A stretch of DNA of 61,349 nucleotides, the filler included, from Hausera hauseri (Eukaryota), in the NCBI GenBank assembly GCA_046269625.1. It is 10 parts of 10 records of this genome, joined end to end, with 100 filler letters (N's around TTAATTAATTAA, not from the genome) between each part and the next. Parts side by side here need not be neighbours in the genome. Positions count along the whole stretch, not along the records: positions 11,885 to 16,886 come from JBJURY010364373.1; positions 16,987 to 28,549 come from JBJURY010089987.1; 8 more parts are not named here. One strand, 5' to 3'. Positions 12,960 through 26,439 of this stretch are shown here, piece after piece. The position numbers were made by a program, and so were the translations under genes. The first letter of the stretch is position 1, and each line of letters begins with the position of its first letter. The notes beneath the pieces were generated by a model, which had not been told where the DNA came from, searched no databases, and worked only from the letters and a program-made list of their open reading frames with translations.

Positions 12960-14379
12960 TATATGCAATTTTTTGTACTCATGTTTAGTCAACTACTTAT
13001 GAAAATAGTGTCATAATCTTAAGGCGATTATTTGGGATATGAACAAATTCACCATGTTGTCAAACTCGAAATAATGTTCAATTCATGTACCATTGAACTA
13101 AAAATATTTTCTAAACATAAAAGACTTTGGTATACCCATTAGTATATAGAAAAGAACATCTACAAGAAGTACCAATATTGTAAAAATTATTATTCAGAAC
13201 AAAGGAGATTTCTGAATCAAGGAAAAAATAATGTACCAATGTGAATTTAGCGTAAGTTGCCTTATTATTCAGAATTTCGTCACAATTTGCGTTTCACAAT
13301 AAAGCAATGAATAAAAATGTGTAAAACCACAAATCTTGTAAATCATTTAGGTTTAAAATCAACGGATGTTGAAAAATTTTGAAACAGCCCTTGATATTAA
13401 TAAAATTAAATTTTCACAAAAATATTTTAATGGGATTGAAAAATCTTACAAAATGGATTGTTCAAAACTTATCTTTTTCTGGGAAAAAACTATTTTTCAA
13501 CTTACTTTTAAAATAAAGTCTCCCTTGATTTCAATGAAAATGTTTATGTTATCAAATGAAAACTACGTGTTATATAATATAATATTATGACTTCATAAAA
13601 GTAAACGCAATTTTCCATGGTGAAATTGTTCCGTTGATTATGGCCATAATTTCGTTTTATCAAATCTTGAACTTCACTTCTATTTCTTTTTGGCATCATA
13701 CTATCATATTAGTCATCCTGTGTTGATATTATATGATTTAAATCATTTTAGAGAATATTTTGTTTTCATTAAAAGCAAGGTCCTTCTATCCAAACTTAAT
13801 GCTACTATTCGAAAAAACGCGTGGGAAGAAAATGTTTCATTTCATAAGATTCTATTATCTTTTGGACGGCTTCTCTTTTCGAAACGCGAAATATCGGAAT
13901 ACAAAATATATAGTAACTTCCTGCAATGATTCAAAATAGAACGAATAAATTTTGGATTGAGAACAAATTTTCGTAATTCACATAAAATCAAAAAATTATA
14001 AACAACATCGTAGAATATGATGAAAGATGCTCCATGATAACCTAAACGTTGACAGTTCTTGAATTTCCAGTACAATATGTCATGGGTCAATTTATATACA
14101 TACTGTACACATTTAGTGAAAATATATTACTTCTGACGGACAAATTACAACAGTGCTGCAGCAAATTTTGAAGATTTTGACGACCATGGCAAAGATCGAA
14201 TACAAGTTGCCTGAATTGGAAATCATATTCATTACAAGAGATCTTTTTTCTTCCTTAAAATAGTTGCTACTTATTTGATTAATATAATTTTCATTTTCAT
14301 TTTTCATTTTTATATTATAAGAAATTCATTAAAATATCAAAAAAGGCAATCCAGCTATGAAAACAGCAGAGTCTTGACT

Positions 14380-15020
14380 GGTCACCTAAGAAGTGAGATA
14401 CTGTCATTACGCTACGAAATGAAAGATACAGTTATTGTGAAATTGCTGCGAAGACTGGACAATGGGTGTCACCGACAGGAGTTCTCATACTGTGCAGGCG
14501 ATTCCTGGCAACAGGATCCATAAAAAACAAGAATGGAAGTAGCATGAAGAAAGTCTACAGACTGATCGTTGAATTACAAGACTTGCACTATGGAATCGCA
14601 AGGCCACTGCTAATGATATCAACAAGTTGCTGACTGATACTGGAATGGCAATATCGAACCGAATAATTTACCAAAGATTGGTGACAATAGACCTGCCAGC
14701 ACGAAGCAACGTCTTAAACGTCTGAAATAGGCCTAGGAGCACATCAACTGGACAGACGAGCAACGGAAGTTCTGTGGAGCGACGAGACACGAATTTCGAT
14801 TTTCGGCAGCGATGGTCTGCGCTATTAGTCGACAACCGGGTGAAGACTGCTTGCCAGAATACACAACCGCAATAATGAAGTGTGGGACTGCATGTCAAGG
14901 GATTCCGTTTTACGACTGCAGGCTCTTGAAGAATCCGTCAACGATGACAAGTAAATCAAGGATCTTCTCCAGCTAAAACTTCTGTCGTCAGCCCAAGGCA
15001 TGTTCGGTGGTAAATATTTT
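14380..15020 (+). mobile_element. Tc1-like transposase remnant
   Basis: KQRLKRLK*A*EHINWTDEQ..VLWSDETRISIFGSDG..RQPGEDCLPEYT. Confidence 0.75.
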
Positions 15021-17600
15021 GCACGTCTCTGTGACTATTTGTTATAAAAATGACCCATATTTACGGTGAGAGTTGTTTATTAGACGTACTCGGATAAGAA
15101 GACAGAAGGATGAACAAAATTCTTACACAGTTATCCTAAATGAAACAGAATAAAAGTCAATGAATAATGTTGAGAGTTAACAATGACTCAGTCAAATTGT
15201 GACTAAGTCAGATTGTAAATAATGCAGTGACCGAATTAAATAGTGTACAAACAATATTGTGAATTAACGGCTGCTAAAAAAATGTAAATATTAAAATTTA
15301 AACGAATTTAAACTGAATTGCGATTGTAAACATTGGATTAATAAATGTAAATATTGGAATTCTGATTGTAAATATTGATTAAAAATTGGAATAATAATTG
15401 TGAGAATTCGAAGAAGGAGAGATAAACAAAGACTGGTTACTATATAAACCAGTGGATAGAATGAGATGGTCGAACAATTTTGAGAGCAAATTTTGAGGAA
15501 CAATTTGAAGTCGAAGAGTTACAGATTGATAACCGAAGCCAGAAGAATTGCAGATTGAAGTTATTCAGTGCTGACGATATTGTTGAATTGATTTGTATAT
15601 TGAACACTTCTCGTTGGACGATTCTGATATTAACTTGTATTTAGAAGGTGTGGTATATTTCTTGTTATTTAATATATTGTGTTGTAAAATCTCTTATAGT
15701 TTTTCGTCGCTCTTTAAGAGGGACTTGGACTACATTAAGGCTTAAAATCTTTTGTAATATTTATAGCTAAGACTAGAGACTGTAATTTGAAGCACACATC
15801 GCACGCAGTACCCGCAAGATAAAATCAAGTGCAAACTTCTAACGAGCACGTTAGAACTTATCTGCTCAGGTTGAGACCAAATTAACTTTTCAAATGTCAT
15901 TTACAGTTATTTAGAAGGAATAGTGAATACTGATTTTAATACAAACCATTACAAAATTTGTAATAAATTTTTTAACAACAGTAGATAATAAAGGCAAATC
16001 CACAAAAAAAAACCCAAAAAATTTACCCGCACTAATATTTAATGCACTGAAATCATTTTCATTGAAATTCTCGTCATTTCCATCTTAAAAAGTCCATTTA
16101 AATAAAGCGGTAAAGAAGACAAAATCACCAAGAACAAAAATGGAATGAATTGGAGATTGAACATTTTCTCCTTTACATGAAATATAAATAAATACCCAAT
16201 TAGCAGTGGATAAACTAACCTAATGAACTAGAAAAATTCAAAATGGAAAATCTGGGATGTTGGGCGAAACTAAAGGAAATAAACCACAATAAATTTATTA
16301 TAAGTGAAGGTATGTATATAATATGTAAAAAGTGAAGGAAATCATGGATGTACTCGAATATTTAACCAATTTAACACCACCTTTACTTCTACAAGGTAGC
16401 CGAGAATCAATGCCCGTTAGAAAATTTTGTTTAATCAATTTCTATTGGATGTTGATATTTCATAAAGCTGTGTCCAAGCTGATGACTTTGCAGTCAATAT
16501 AAAATAGCAATAGGATTCTTTTGGAGCAACATACTTAGTATTTATTATTAACTCTGGACCAAATTACTATTGTTCTAAAACTTTCCCGAATACACCCACA
16601 CTATGACATGCACAGAATCTTATCAAAGGAGATTTACGTAAAATGTTCTGCTTCTTGCATTCGTTGATCCCAATATGAAATTTTTATAAAGTACTAGTTT
16701 ATTCAAGTCTAATTTTTATAAAATGTATCAAACTTTAACAAATTTAAATTTATAAAATAGCAATGGGGTTCTTTTGGAGCAACATATAAAGTTATAAACT
16801 TTATATACAAATGTATTTTTGATGTCAATAATGTTGCAGAATTTGTTTAACGTTCTTTATTTAACGTTCTAATATTTCGATCTTACNNNNNNNNNNNNNN
16901 NNNNNNNNNNNNNNNNNNNNNNNNNNNNNNTTAATTAATTAANNNNNNNNNNNNNNNNNNNNNNNNNNNNNNNNNNNNNNNNNNNNCAAACTATATGTTT
17001 TATATTCAATATTTTTTAATTATTTCAATGCGCATTACAATATTGGTGGACAGTGTCTTTGTTGGACAGTCACGCTGTCTTGAATAAATTGACTGGTCAA
17101 CTGTATAATATTTACCAATATCATTTTTCCAGTCGTAGAAAGAAAATTTTAAATCAAACATTAAATTGAAACCACTCAAGTGTTAATTTTGTTTTACTCA
17201 TTAAAGTCTCTCCTTTTGAGTAAAAACAATTTGATAGTTTTTTTTTCAGTCTAATTGGCTCCTAAAAGATTTATCATTCAGTTGCAAATTAGATCCAAAT
17301 TGGACCCACTTGTTATTGATATGTATCATTTCTCTTTCTCGTTATGTGGCTACTTTACTTTGCTATTCGGATTTTGAGCATTTTGTCGAATTAGACTTGT
17401 AAATATGATGTTTTAGAGGATTTGAATTTCGTCTTAAGTATCATTGAGAGTTTTGTGTGATTTTTGAATAGTATGGCTGAATCGACACTAATTTATTATT
17501 TCTTGTATACAATATTTCAGTATCAAAATTTTGCTCATTGTAACACTTGAACGCTGCGACCTCTCAAATTACACGAGTTAAATTTTATTATGTTCGTTAT

Positions 17601-18032
17601 CTAACAAGGGAACTTATCCAGCTGGTAGCCGGGTTTTTAGTTGCCAACTTTTCAGGAATATACTATTTTTGATGCTGATTGTGAATATAAAAAAATGTTT
17701 CACAATGCGCCATGATTGTTTCGAAAAAATTAAATTTCATTTTAATATAAAATTAACGGAATCATAACAAATTATTATTACTATTTATGTATCATGTATA
17801 GTTTAATTAACATTTGTTTAAATATTCAATTTTCAAATATTCAATATTTAAATATTCAGTTTTGCAGCAGAGATCATTTGCTGGAATATAATCTCACCCA
17901 TGTGTATGCTATTAATGCCTTGCTTTTTGGTATATTTTTGTGATAATTTGTCTATGGAAATATCTATAAAAATGTCTATGGAATTGATGAGTTGTATCCG
18001 TCAAGTTGCTGTGTTGGTGTTATTGGTTTAGT
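17601..18032 (+). repeat. Left arm of diverged inverted repeat (partner 21147-21440)
   Basis: 17601-17881 aligns to rc of about 21180-21440; after a ~117-bp insert, 17999-18032 is identical to rc 21147-21180. Confidence 0.92.
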
Positions 18033-19439
18033 TGATGACGATGTTGTCGGTGAGATTCATTAACATCGACAAATTTGTCACAGCGAACGAAAAGTTGGAA
18101 TGAAAAAGTAAATTCCATTGTTTTCTGATTATTTGCATCAGCAATAGAATAGGTTAAATTCTGTTATGACAGTTGAAACTTACTGTCTACGATTAACGAA
18201 GGAAAACGCTTTGGATATTATATCTAAGTAATTATTTATTAGTTTATTTGTGATTTCAATTGAATAGTTATAATGTTATTTTGGATTACACTGACAACGT
18301 TGTTGCCAGATATCTTATTAACGATTGTTGTGTTATTGGCAAAAAACCACTGATGAGCGCCAGTGCTCTTGGATTCGATGGACAGTTGACAATTTACAAT
18401 TACAAAGGTGAACTTTGCTATCGATGCGTATTTCCTCGTCCACCACCGGCAGCTACCGTGACTAATTGTAATGAAGGTGGCGTAATCGGGCCAGGTAATT
18501 TTCTATTGTACATGTCTTTTTATATGTAATTTGGTAATTTATATTAATTACTCCGGATAAATCGAGATTATTATAAATGTAATTCAATTCAAATCTATTT
18601 TAATTTGTATTCAATGGAAAATATTTACTTGAAAATTGTTGAAAGACATTGAAGTGTAGTGCCGGGTATGCTGAGAACGATTCAAGCAACTGAAGCAATA
18701 AAAATTATTGCCGATTTCGAAAGTCTGTATCTTTCATTTCCCATCATTTAATGACGAATCTAGCAACGTTTACCGGTAAAATGTTCGTGTACGATGTCGA
18801 GAACTGTACGATGCATACCACCATGTTGACGTATGCGGTGATACGCCGACTATTGTTTGACCAATAGATTATGAGTAATTCTGTTAGTCATCAGCAACAG
18901 ACAAGGTACTTCACTGTGCTCTAGTGCCATTGTAAATATCGACATTTCCAGTGTGAGATGATATCGTTACTGTCACGATCAGACTGTATCACAATTGAGG
19001 ACTATTACGACATCGTGTCCAACGATCAGCCGCATATTCTTATCGATGTCAGACCAACTACCCAGATTGTCCTCCGCAAATTTCCACACACGCTGGGTTC
19101 GTTCTGTGTCACATGGTTTTCCGTTAATACAGTATCGTTTAGAATTGGCATTGGAGGGATTCGATTCAGTGGACAATGTCAATTTACTTCGGATTTCCGT
19201 TGCTGCCGTACGCCGCAGTCGGCATATGTCTGATGATTGTCAGTTGAATGGTGTGTTTTCTGTGTGCACGGCATTTCATTGGTTGATTAGTGTTTGTTGT
19301 TTGTCGTCGGGGTAACAAGTCACAGATTGTCGTCAGTCGGCTTCGGGAATTGATGAAAGATGATCAGGTGGTGTTGAAAGATATCATTGGTGGTATGAGA
19401 GCTTGTATGGCTGTTGATCCAGATGTTTTTGTTTATTAA
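17999..19439 (+). pseudogene. MOCS3: 5'-truncated MOCS3/UBA4 (E1-like adenylyltransferase + rhodanese)
   Basis: [60 protein letters not shown] and VCRRGNKSQ..KDIIGG; short introns (e.g. 18228-18267, 40 nt); lacks the N-terminal GxGxxG and has an in-frame stop. Confidence 0.9.
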
Positions 19440-19977
19440 ATATGGAAGTATTTTTTCTATTTTCTACTTTTGAGGGTTTGTCGTGTGTGTGTGTGTGTGT
19501 GAATATTGTAGACTGCTACGTCATTTTATGAATTCATTGAGAACAAATAATGAGAGGTACTTACGAAATAAAATTCTTATTAACGATGTGAAAAAAGTTT
19601 TGCCAGAAAACCAAAATAACTCATTTGGATCTTTTAAATGTAACAGTATTTCGCATTTGTTCAAGCCCCCTACTTTTACAAAATTTTCATTACTTTTCTT
19701 CAACTAATGTTCTTTTACTATTCGATTTACAGCGTTTCCCTTGATGTTCTGAAGAAATAAAAAATATCAATTGAATATAGCCTTTGGTCTGTCATGTGCA
19801 TAGCCAGAATTTATACACGATGGAATTAAACCAATACATTTTAGATTGATAGAATATCAAGAAAACACTATAAATAAAATATTAAAACTGTAGTCTGATA
19901 AAACGAACGAAAATCGTATCAAAGTTCAAAAGCTCCAAATGTATTATTTTAGCTTTCTCGGCAAATATTTTTTCATA

Positions 19978-20220
19978 TTATTAATCATCATTATATTTTG
20001 CATGCCTCTCTGATTATTTGTTATAAAATTGACCCACATTTACAGTAAAATCTCCCATTTATGGTACTTGTACAATATTCCCCACCTTCATTGAATTATA
20101 AATTTTAACAAATTCCACAAAAGAAATCTTCAACAATTTTCTCATGTTATTAATCATCATTATATTTTGCATGTCTCTCTGATTATTTTTTATAAAAATG
20201 ACCGACATTTGCAGTAAAAA
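19978..20220 (+). repeat. Direct duplication of ~72 bp (19978-20050 and 20147-20220)
   Basis: TTATTAATCATCATTATATTTTGCATG.CTCTCTGATTATTT.TTATAAAA.TGACC.ACATTT.CAGTAAAA occurs twice. Confidence 0.85.
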
Positions 20221-21146
20221 AGAAACCGTTTTATTGCAAAGACATAATTATGTACAATCTGTTGACAATTGGCAAAAGAATTCGGAAAAACCTTTTTAGT
20301 CAAACCATATTTTTCATATTGGTACAGAAATGCATTTTTACTAAACATTTGCCATGCCTTACCAATGACATAATTCAAAGCATCAACAGAATCTTTGCCG
20401 TCAGTTAATGCGGTAATGCTCTTTTCATATTTATTGAAAGGACGAGTATGATTCCAATATTTCAAAGAATTTCTGTTACGAAATAATGGCCCATCCCACG
20501 AAATATGACCTGATTGGATATTAAACTGCATGGACTAGATTCATCTTTAATGTTCCAACATAAACCTATTATGGTCGTTAATATAAAAATGATAAAGTTT
20601 GACAAACAGACCATCTTCCAAAAGTAATTCTGTCAAAATCATTTGATTTACATGTTTTAGTAATTGTCCCCATGTATCAGTACTAAATTCAATACTAAAA
20701 TCATCAAAATACGGAACGTTTCGCAATTATAAAAGACGATAATCCGGATGGAGTACATTTTCTAGAACAATGTCACTGAGTGGAGGTTTCGATTGAAATA
20801 CGGGCTAAATAATCAAACAGCTAAATCAGATAGTTATAAAAATTAAATACGTGATTTTACATTATAAAAAATGGTGCGATGAGAAACAAATTCTACATAA
20901 ATAAATTGCAGTGTGATTTCTTATTGATCACCTTGTAGATCAAATGTAACATGAATTTTGTCTAAATGCATGTCATCATTACAACACCCGATAACAACAA
21001 TCAAATCACTTGTAATGTTGACGCCAATTGATGAGAAAAAAGCACATTTAAATCACCAAAACCAACATTCTGTCGACCTAGCCTATTTGTGCATTCGCGA
21101 TGGACAATGTCATTTTCATGGACGGTTAGTCCATCTACTGACAAAG
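20190..21146 (-). pseudogene. TUBD1: Delta-tubulin C-terminal half, 5' truncated
   Basis: DGLTVHENDIVHREC..FGDLNVLFSHQLAS, LHPDYRLL*LRNVP..TWGQLLKH and RPFNKYEKS..IGKAWQMFSKNAFLYQYEKYG match TUBD1 as I recall it; stop codon, internal deletion, introns retained. Confidence 0.88.
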
Positions 21147-21440
21147 ACTAAACCAATAACACCAACACAGCAACTTGACGCAAACTGACCTTTGCTGCAA
21201 AACTGAATATTTACAAAATTGAATATTTGAAAATTGAATATTTAAACAAATGTTAATTTGTAATAGTAATTTGTTATGAATCCGTTACTTTTTTTAAATG
21301 AAATTTAATTTTTTCAAAGAAATCATGGCGCCATTGCAAACAAATTTTATATATATTCACAATCAGCATCAAAAATAGTATATTCCTAAATAGGTGGCAA
21401 CTAAAAACCCGGCTACCAGCAGGGTAAGTTCTCTTGTCAG
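21147..21440 (-). repeat. Right arm of inverted repeat (partner 17601-18032)
   Basis: rc begins CTGACAAGAGAACTTACCCTGCTGGTAGCCGGGTTTTTAGTTGCCA versus left CTAACAAGGGAACTTATCCAGCTGGTAGCCGGGTTTTTAGTTGCCA. Confidence 0.92.
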
Positions 21441-21844
21441 TAATTTTTGTGTTATTTGACTGAAACAAGAATTTCAAAATGTATGAAAACTAAATGCTGA
21501 TATAAGTTGTACTTATGTGACATTGACATATATTAGGTCGATTCTTTTCAAAATGTGTGAATTTTGTTAAATGACACGAAATTTTTACAATTATTAACAA
21601 AAGTGGATGTTTTCACAACTCGATTTTAGTTTAAAAATGTATATTAACATTAAAAATGTTTTAAAAGTAGTTTAAAAGAATATGTTTTTAATTGTGTTTT
21701 ATGAATGTTGAATGTATTTTAATAGTGAATTGTTAATAAAACTAAATGTTCAAAGCATATGTTTATAATTGTGTTTATTATATGTATTTATTGCTATCAA
21801 CAACACAAAAAAAGCGAATTGTTTTGCAAACTGTAATTTCTTAC

Positions 21845-22300
21845 ATCAGATTATTACATGAGACGAAATCTGGATTTACTAGTGCAATGAATACACGGTT
21901 GGTCACAGGACATGGTGAAGTGCCGACGATAATTCTCCACCTGAGGTCACAAGAACTCTTACAAAGGAGAAATACTTCGCAACTATATTCTGGGACTGGA
22001 AGGGAGTTCTGTTAGTCGACCTTCTTCCCAGCAACGAAATTATAACAGCTGTGTATTATTCCACACTGCTGCAACGCCTTTCCGCTGCCGTTTTGCAACA
22101 AAGTCGTTAAAATACGGCAAAAGGATTCTACTACTTACTACACGATAATGCCAGACCGCATGTGGCGAAGGTAACCAAACAGACGATTGACAAACCTGGT
22201 CTCAAAGTCATGCATCGTCCCCTTTTATCTACTGTATTTTACCCCGTCTGACTACTACTTGTTCTCCTCTATAAGATATAACATTCGTGGTAAAAAATTA
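21845..22300 (+). mobile_element. Mariner (DD34D) transposase remnant
   Basis: DEIWIY, IFWDWKGVLLVDLL, LLLHDNARPHVA and PSDYYLF. Confidence 0.85.
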
Positions 22301-23273
22301 TTACCCGCAGTATATAGTTATATTTTTTGGAAAGAAAACTGCGAAGTTATTCTTAGTAATTTTCATTATAAATAAAAAGTGAAACTAGCGAAGTAATGAG
22401 TAAAATACGAAGGAGTAACAAATTGTTCCGGAAAATTTATTTTTGGGAATTTGTTTAACTTATTAATTTTCAAAAATTAAGTACGCGTAAGTTTGATTTT
22501 AAGTTCACTAATTTACGTTTAAAACAAATTGAGACTAAAAATAAATTTACTTACCGTGATATATATAGTAGTTCAATATGGTGTTGATGTAATAAGTTTT
22601 GATAGTAATACATAAAAAACTGTTGTAATCTATTGATATTATAGTATAAATCTATATACATATGTATGCATATTTGTATTACTTTACAGGATCATGATTT
22701 TAAACTGAATTTATTTAAAATGTTATATATATATATATGTATATAAATGTTAGATAGAAAAATTAATGTTTCCACCTTATGCAAACAAAATAAGAATTTA
22801 TGATTTAAAATTAATAGCAAATTTTCTCAAGGTTAATTTTCGGAAGTTCATTTAGTAATTTAGAATTTAGACAATTTCGGTAAATAGTTAAGTAATTATC
22901 ACATAAAAGTGAGAATGTAAAGACCATTGTAATGTGAACATGTTAATAATCAAAATTCTAAAGCAATTTCATTTTAATCTGGAAATTCAATAATACGACA
23001 CAGACTCTAAAACATCAGATCAAAATTTTCGATTAATGGTACCGCGTTTCGAGCACAGAAACAATACTAGTAGTTTTGACTTAAATTGTTAAATATTTTT
23101 GTTTATTTTGATTGTAGACATTATAATTTAATTAATTAATTTATAATATAATTTGTAATATGATTTTTAAGATTAAGTTAATAATTTAAAAATTGGTGAA
23201 GACAATAAGTGTAAAAGAAATTAATTCGAAATCTTTATTGTATAACACAAAGTATTCAATTTCACAAAATATT

Positions 23274-24920
23274 TTAATGCTTTCTAATTTGATTTCTGAG
23301 ACTTTTTCTACAATAGGCTGCAAAAAGTATCAAACCACTGAGTAAAAATGTAACTCCACTCATTATGAATGGTCCAGTGAAATCGCCTAATTTTTCGTAA
23401 ATCTTTGCCGCAATCGGTACACCAAATACTTCTCCGAAACCTTGCGTGATACATGCAACTGACAATCCATAATGAAATAGTTCAAAGCTTGTAATTTCAG
23501 TAAGAACAACTGCGTTAAGGGAAAATTGAGCTCCATAGAATATTCCATATCCCACTATTGATGCAACCATCATTGAATATGAGTATGAAAAGGCACCAAA
23601 TAAAATTGTAAGACCTCCACATACTAAAACAGAACTATAAAGATCATAAATTTTAACACCCTTGATGGAACCTAAACTTCCAAACAGGATACGGCCAATA
23701 ATATTCCCAACACCGAAAAGTGTGATCAGTAGAGTTGAGAGAGAAATATCGACTCCATATTGAATCGCTCTGTCTCTTGCATATATAAAAGGAATATCTT
23801 GTGCAAAACTAAACATAAAGTTTGCAAAAACAAATATCGTAAATAATGGATTTCTGAACATTCTTTTAATATTTTCTAAGAATGTTATTAGTGGATGTTT
23901 CGGTTTTTCTGCTATCTCCTTACTTTCAATCTGGATGTTCACCTGTTTGTCAATCGTCGGTTTAAGTGATTTGCTAATACCGCTACTAATACTACTGTCA
24001 AGAATGCTTGGAACCGACATATATACCAAACTTTTCGTTTTAATTGATGTAACTACATGACTGCTTTGATTTTCTGATTTATCACAACTGTTGTCATTTG
24101 CAACATTCAAAAGTGTACTAATCAATATTGACTTTGATCCAAATTCACCTGAACCTTCTTCTACATTGTCTGATTTTACTACAATGTCAACCAAGTCTAT
24201 CATTTGATGGGATTCACAGTCTTTTGCAGAATTATCGACAGAATTTGTGTTATCTTTCAATGTAAAAGGTTTCATGAAAGCTGCTAAAATTGAACTTGCA
24301 CAAATTATTCCACCGTAAATTAACATTGCAACTTTCCAATTGCAAAACGTTATGAGTGGTTGAATGATTTGTGGCCAAGCCATTACTGCGACACCAATTG
24401 CACTTGCTGCAACTCCCATGACAATAGATAATCGCTTTTCAAAATATGTGATTAGTACAAATGTACCACTGTTAAAAATGATACTCAAACCTATACCAGT
24501 TGTAATGGAAAAGAATAGAAATAAAAATGCATAATTTTGACAAATAAATGGTGATGCGACTGAAAATCCAAGTAAAAGAGATCCAATTAAAAGCAACCAA
24601 CGGGGTCCCACTTTTGCATGTAATAGACTTGCAAGGGGTGTTGCAAAACACACTAAAGAAAACATTACTGACGCCAACCACCCTAAAGCTCCGTTTGATA
24701 TATTTAAATCATTTTTCATTTCTCTCATGAAAATACTGTAAGTTGATAATATTCCGGAAGCAATAAAGCGCGATAGAAATACTGCAGCCAGTACGAACCA
24801 TCCATATTCACCGTCTGGAACCGAACTAGTGGATTGTTTCTTAGGTTCAGATTTAACAAACTTTGTATCAGGAATTTGAATTGTTGTTGAAGATGAAGTA
24901 CCTTTCTCAGAATTTATCAT
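23274..24920 (-). CDS. SLC16/monocarboxylate transporter family MFS permease (548 aa, single exon)
   Basis: VPDGEYGWFVL N-terminal signature, YFEKR motif, about 12 hydrophobic segments with a long central loop, GRILFG; uninterrupted ORF. Confidence 0.93.
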   Translation of the reverse strand: MINSEKGTSSSTTIQIPDTKFVKSEPKKQSTSSVPDGEYGWFVLAAVFLSRFIASGILSTYSIFMREMKNDLNISNGALGWLASVMFSLVCFATPLASLLHAKVGPRWLLLIGSLLLGFSVASPFICQNYAFLFLFFSITTGIGLSIIFNSGTFVLITYFEKRLSIVMGVAASAIGVAVMAWPQIIQPLITFCNWKVAMLIYGGIICASSILAAFMKPFTLKDNTNSVDNSAKDCESHQMIDLVDIVVKSDNVEEGSGEFGSKSILISTLLNVANDNSCDKSENQSSHVVTSIKTKSLVYMSVPSILDSSISSGISKSLKPTIDKQVNIQIESKEIAEKPKHPLITFLENIKRMFRNPLFTIFVFANFMFSFAQDIPFIYARDRAIQYGVDISLSTLLITLFGVGNIIGRILFGSLGSIKGVKIYDLYSSVLVCGGLTILFGAFSYSYSMMVASIVGYGIFYGAQFSLNAVVLTEITSFELFHYGLSVACITQGFGEVFGVPIAAKIYEKLGDFTGPFIMSGVTFLLSGLILFAAYCRKSLRNQIRKH

Positions 24921-25439
24921 CTTTTGATTTGTATAAATACTTAATTAAATTAAGTTAAATGAATTTGAAAACACGTTTGTTTTAATATTATGAAGCATTT
25001 TATTGGATTATTATAATGTTCATTTTCTATTGCATTTAAAATTGTCATGTTACCAAAAATTAAATTTATTTTTAAATTAATATTTTAAATATTAGTTTTA
25101 ATAAAATCACTTTTAAAATGTAAACTGCGTGTTGTACAGATAAACTTACATATTATCCAGAATAAAAGTAAAATTTAGTATTTAGTGAGTCAAATGTAGT
25201 AAAATGGTAAATGAAAGAAAAATTTTTATTGTGGAAGTATAGGCATACAATATGGACAAATAGTCAAAGGATAATAATTATGTATTGTATATAAAAATAC
25301 AAATTTTCATTTGGAACATTCTATTGATATTTTGTTGTCATTTTTATACGTTCGTTTTCGGAATAGAAGTTGATTATTAATTTCAAAGATATCATCTTTC
25401 ACATTTATCTAATCCTGATGTAAGTTTACTCTGGATTTA

Positions 25440-26437
25440 TACTAGAAGATGGAATAATGAAAACACGAATAGGTAAGATTTGGATACCCACGAACAAATG
25501 AGTAGAAATTATAACTCATAATCATGTCATGCTATCTCACGCAGGACCAGAAAAGGTAATAAAATACATTGACAATAATTATGACATGGAGAACCTACGA
25601 GAAGCAGTCAAGACAGTAATTAGACATTGTGAAGCATGTCAGCGATGCAAAACCTTGACAAAGAGCACGAAGAAAGAAACAGTTAACCTATCAGCAAACG
25701 TGCCATTCGAGAAAATATACATAGATATCTGTGGACCAATGAAGGAGACATGGAGAAAAAAGATATATTTTAGCAATAATAGATCAGTACAGTAGATACC
25801 TAACCATCATTGCTATACCGAGCAAGACGAAGCAACCATCGAAGCAGAGATAGAAAAGAAATAGATCCTCAAATACAAAGCACCTAAAGAAATACATACA
25901 GACTGCGGGAAGGAATTTGATTTGAAATTGATAAAAGACATGGCGTCATCAATGAATATAAAACTGTGCTATTCGAGCCCATACAACCACAATGCAAACG
26001 GTATCATCGAGCGACAATTCCGAACAATCAGAGAATACATAAATGCCATGATAGCAGAAAAATCGAGCGTGGACTGGGAGGACATACTACCAGAAATAGA
26101 ATTTACGTTGAATGCGACAATTCAGAAGACGACAAGCAAGAGCCCAGCAGAGATAATATTTGGCAGATAGATATATAGAGAAAGACAGTATTGACAAAAA
26201 GATGGAACAGAAGGGAGGAACACAGAGCGTGAGGAAGGACCCATGGTAAAAAGGACGTTTGAAGTAGGGGATAGGTGCTGGTACGGAAGGAATCTGGAAC
26301 AAAGAAGAAAGACAAATAAAAAGGCCCTACACGATCATTGAGAAAGTACTCGACAGGCAATACGTACTACGATATGAAGGTGGCAAAACCTTGGAGTAAA
26401 ACGTAGAGAAACTACAAAGATTTTTAAAAAAGAGGGA
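25440..26437 (+). mobile_element. Gypsy integrase (decayed) with polypurine tract
   Basis: H..LSHAG..CEACQ zinc finger, IYIDICGP, HTDCGKEF, SSPYNHNANGIIER and SPAEIIFGR; PPT AAAAAAGAGGGA at about 26426-26437. Confidence 0.92.
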
Positions 26438-26439
26438 TC

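Noticed and set aside
13000-14310. Possible spliced gene on the minus strand
   Set aside because: Short AT-rich ORFs with no recognisable motif or consistent exon chain.
15040-15980. Solo LTR-like sequence (also 27890-28549)
   Set aside because: TATA-like motifs and LTR-like texture only; no paired LTR, PBS/PPT or TSD identified.
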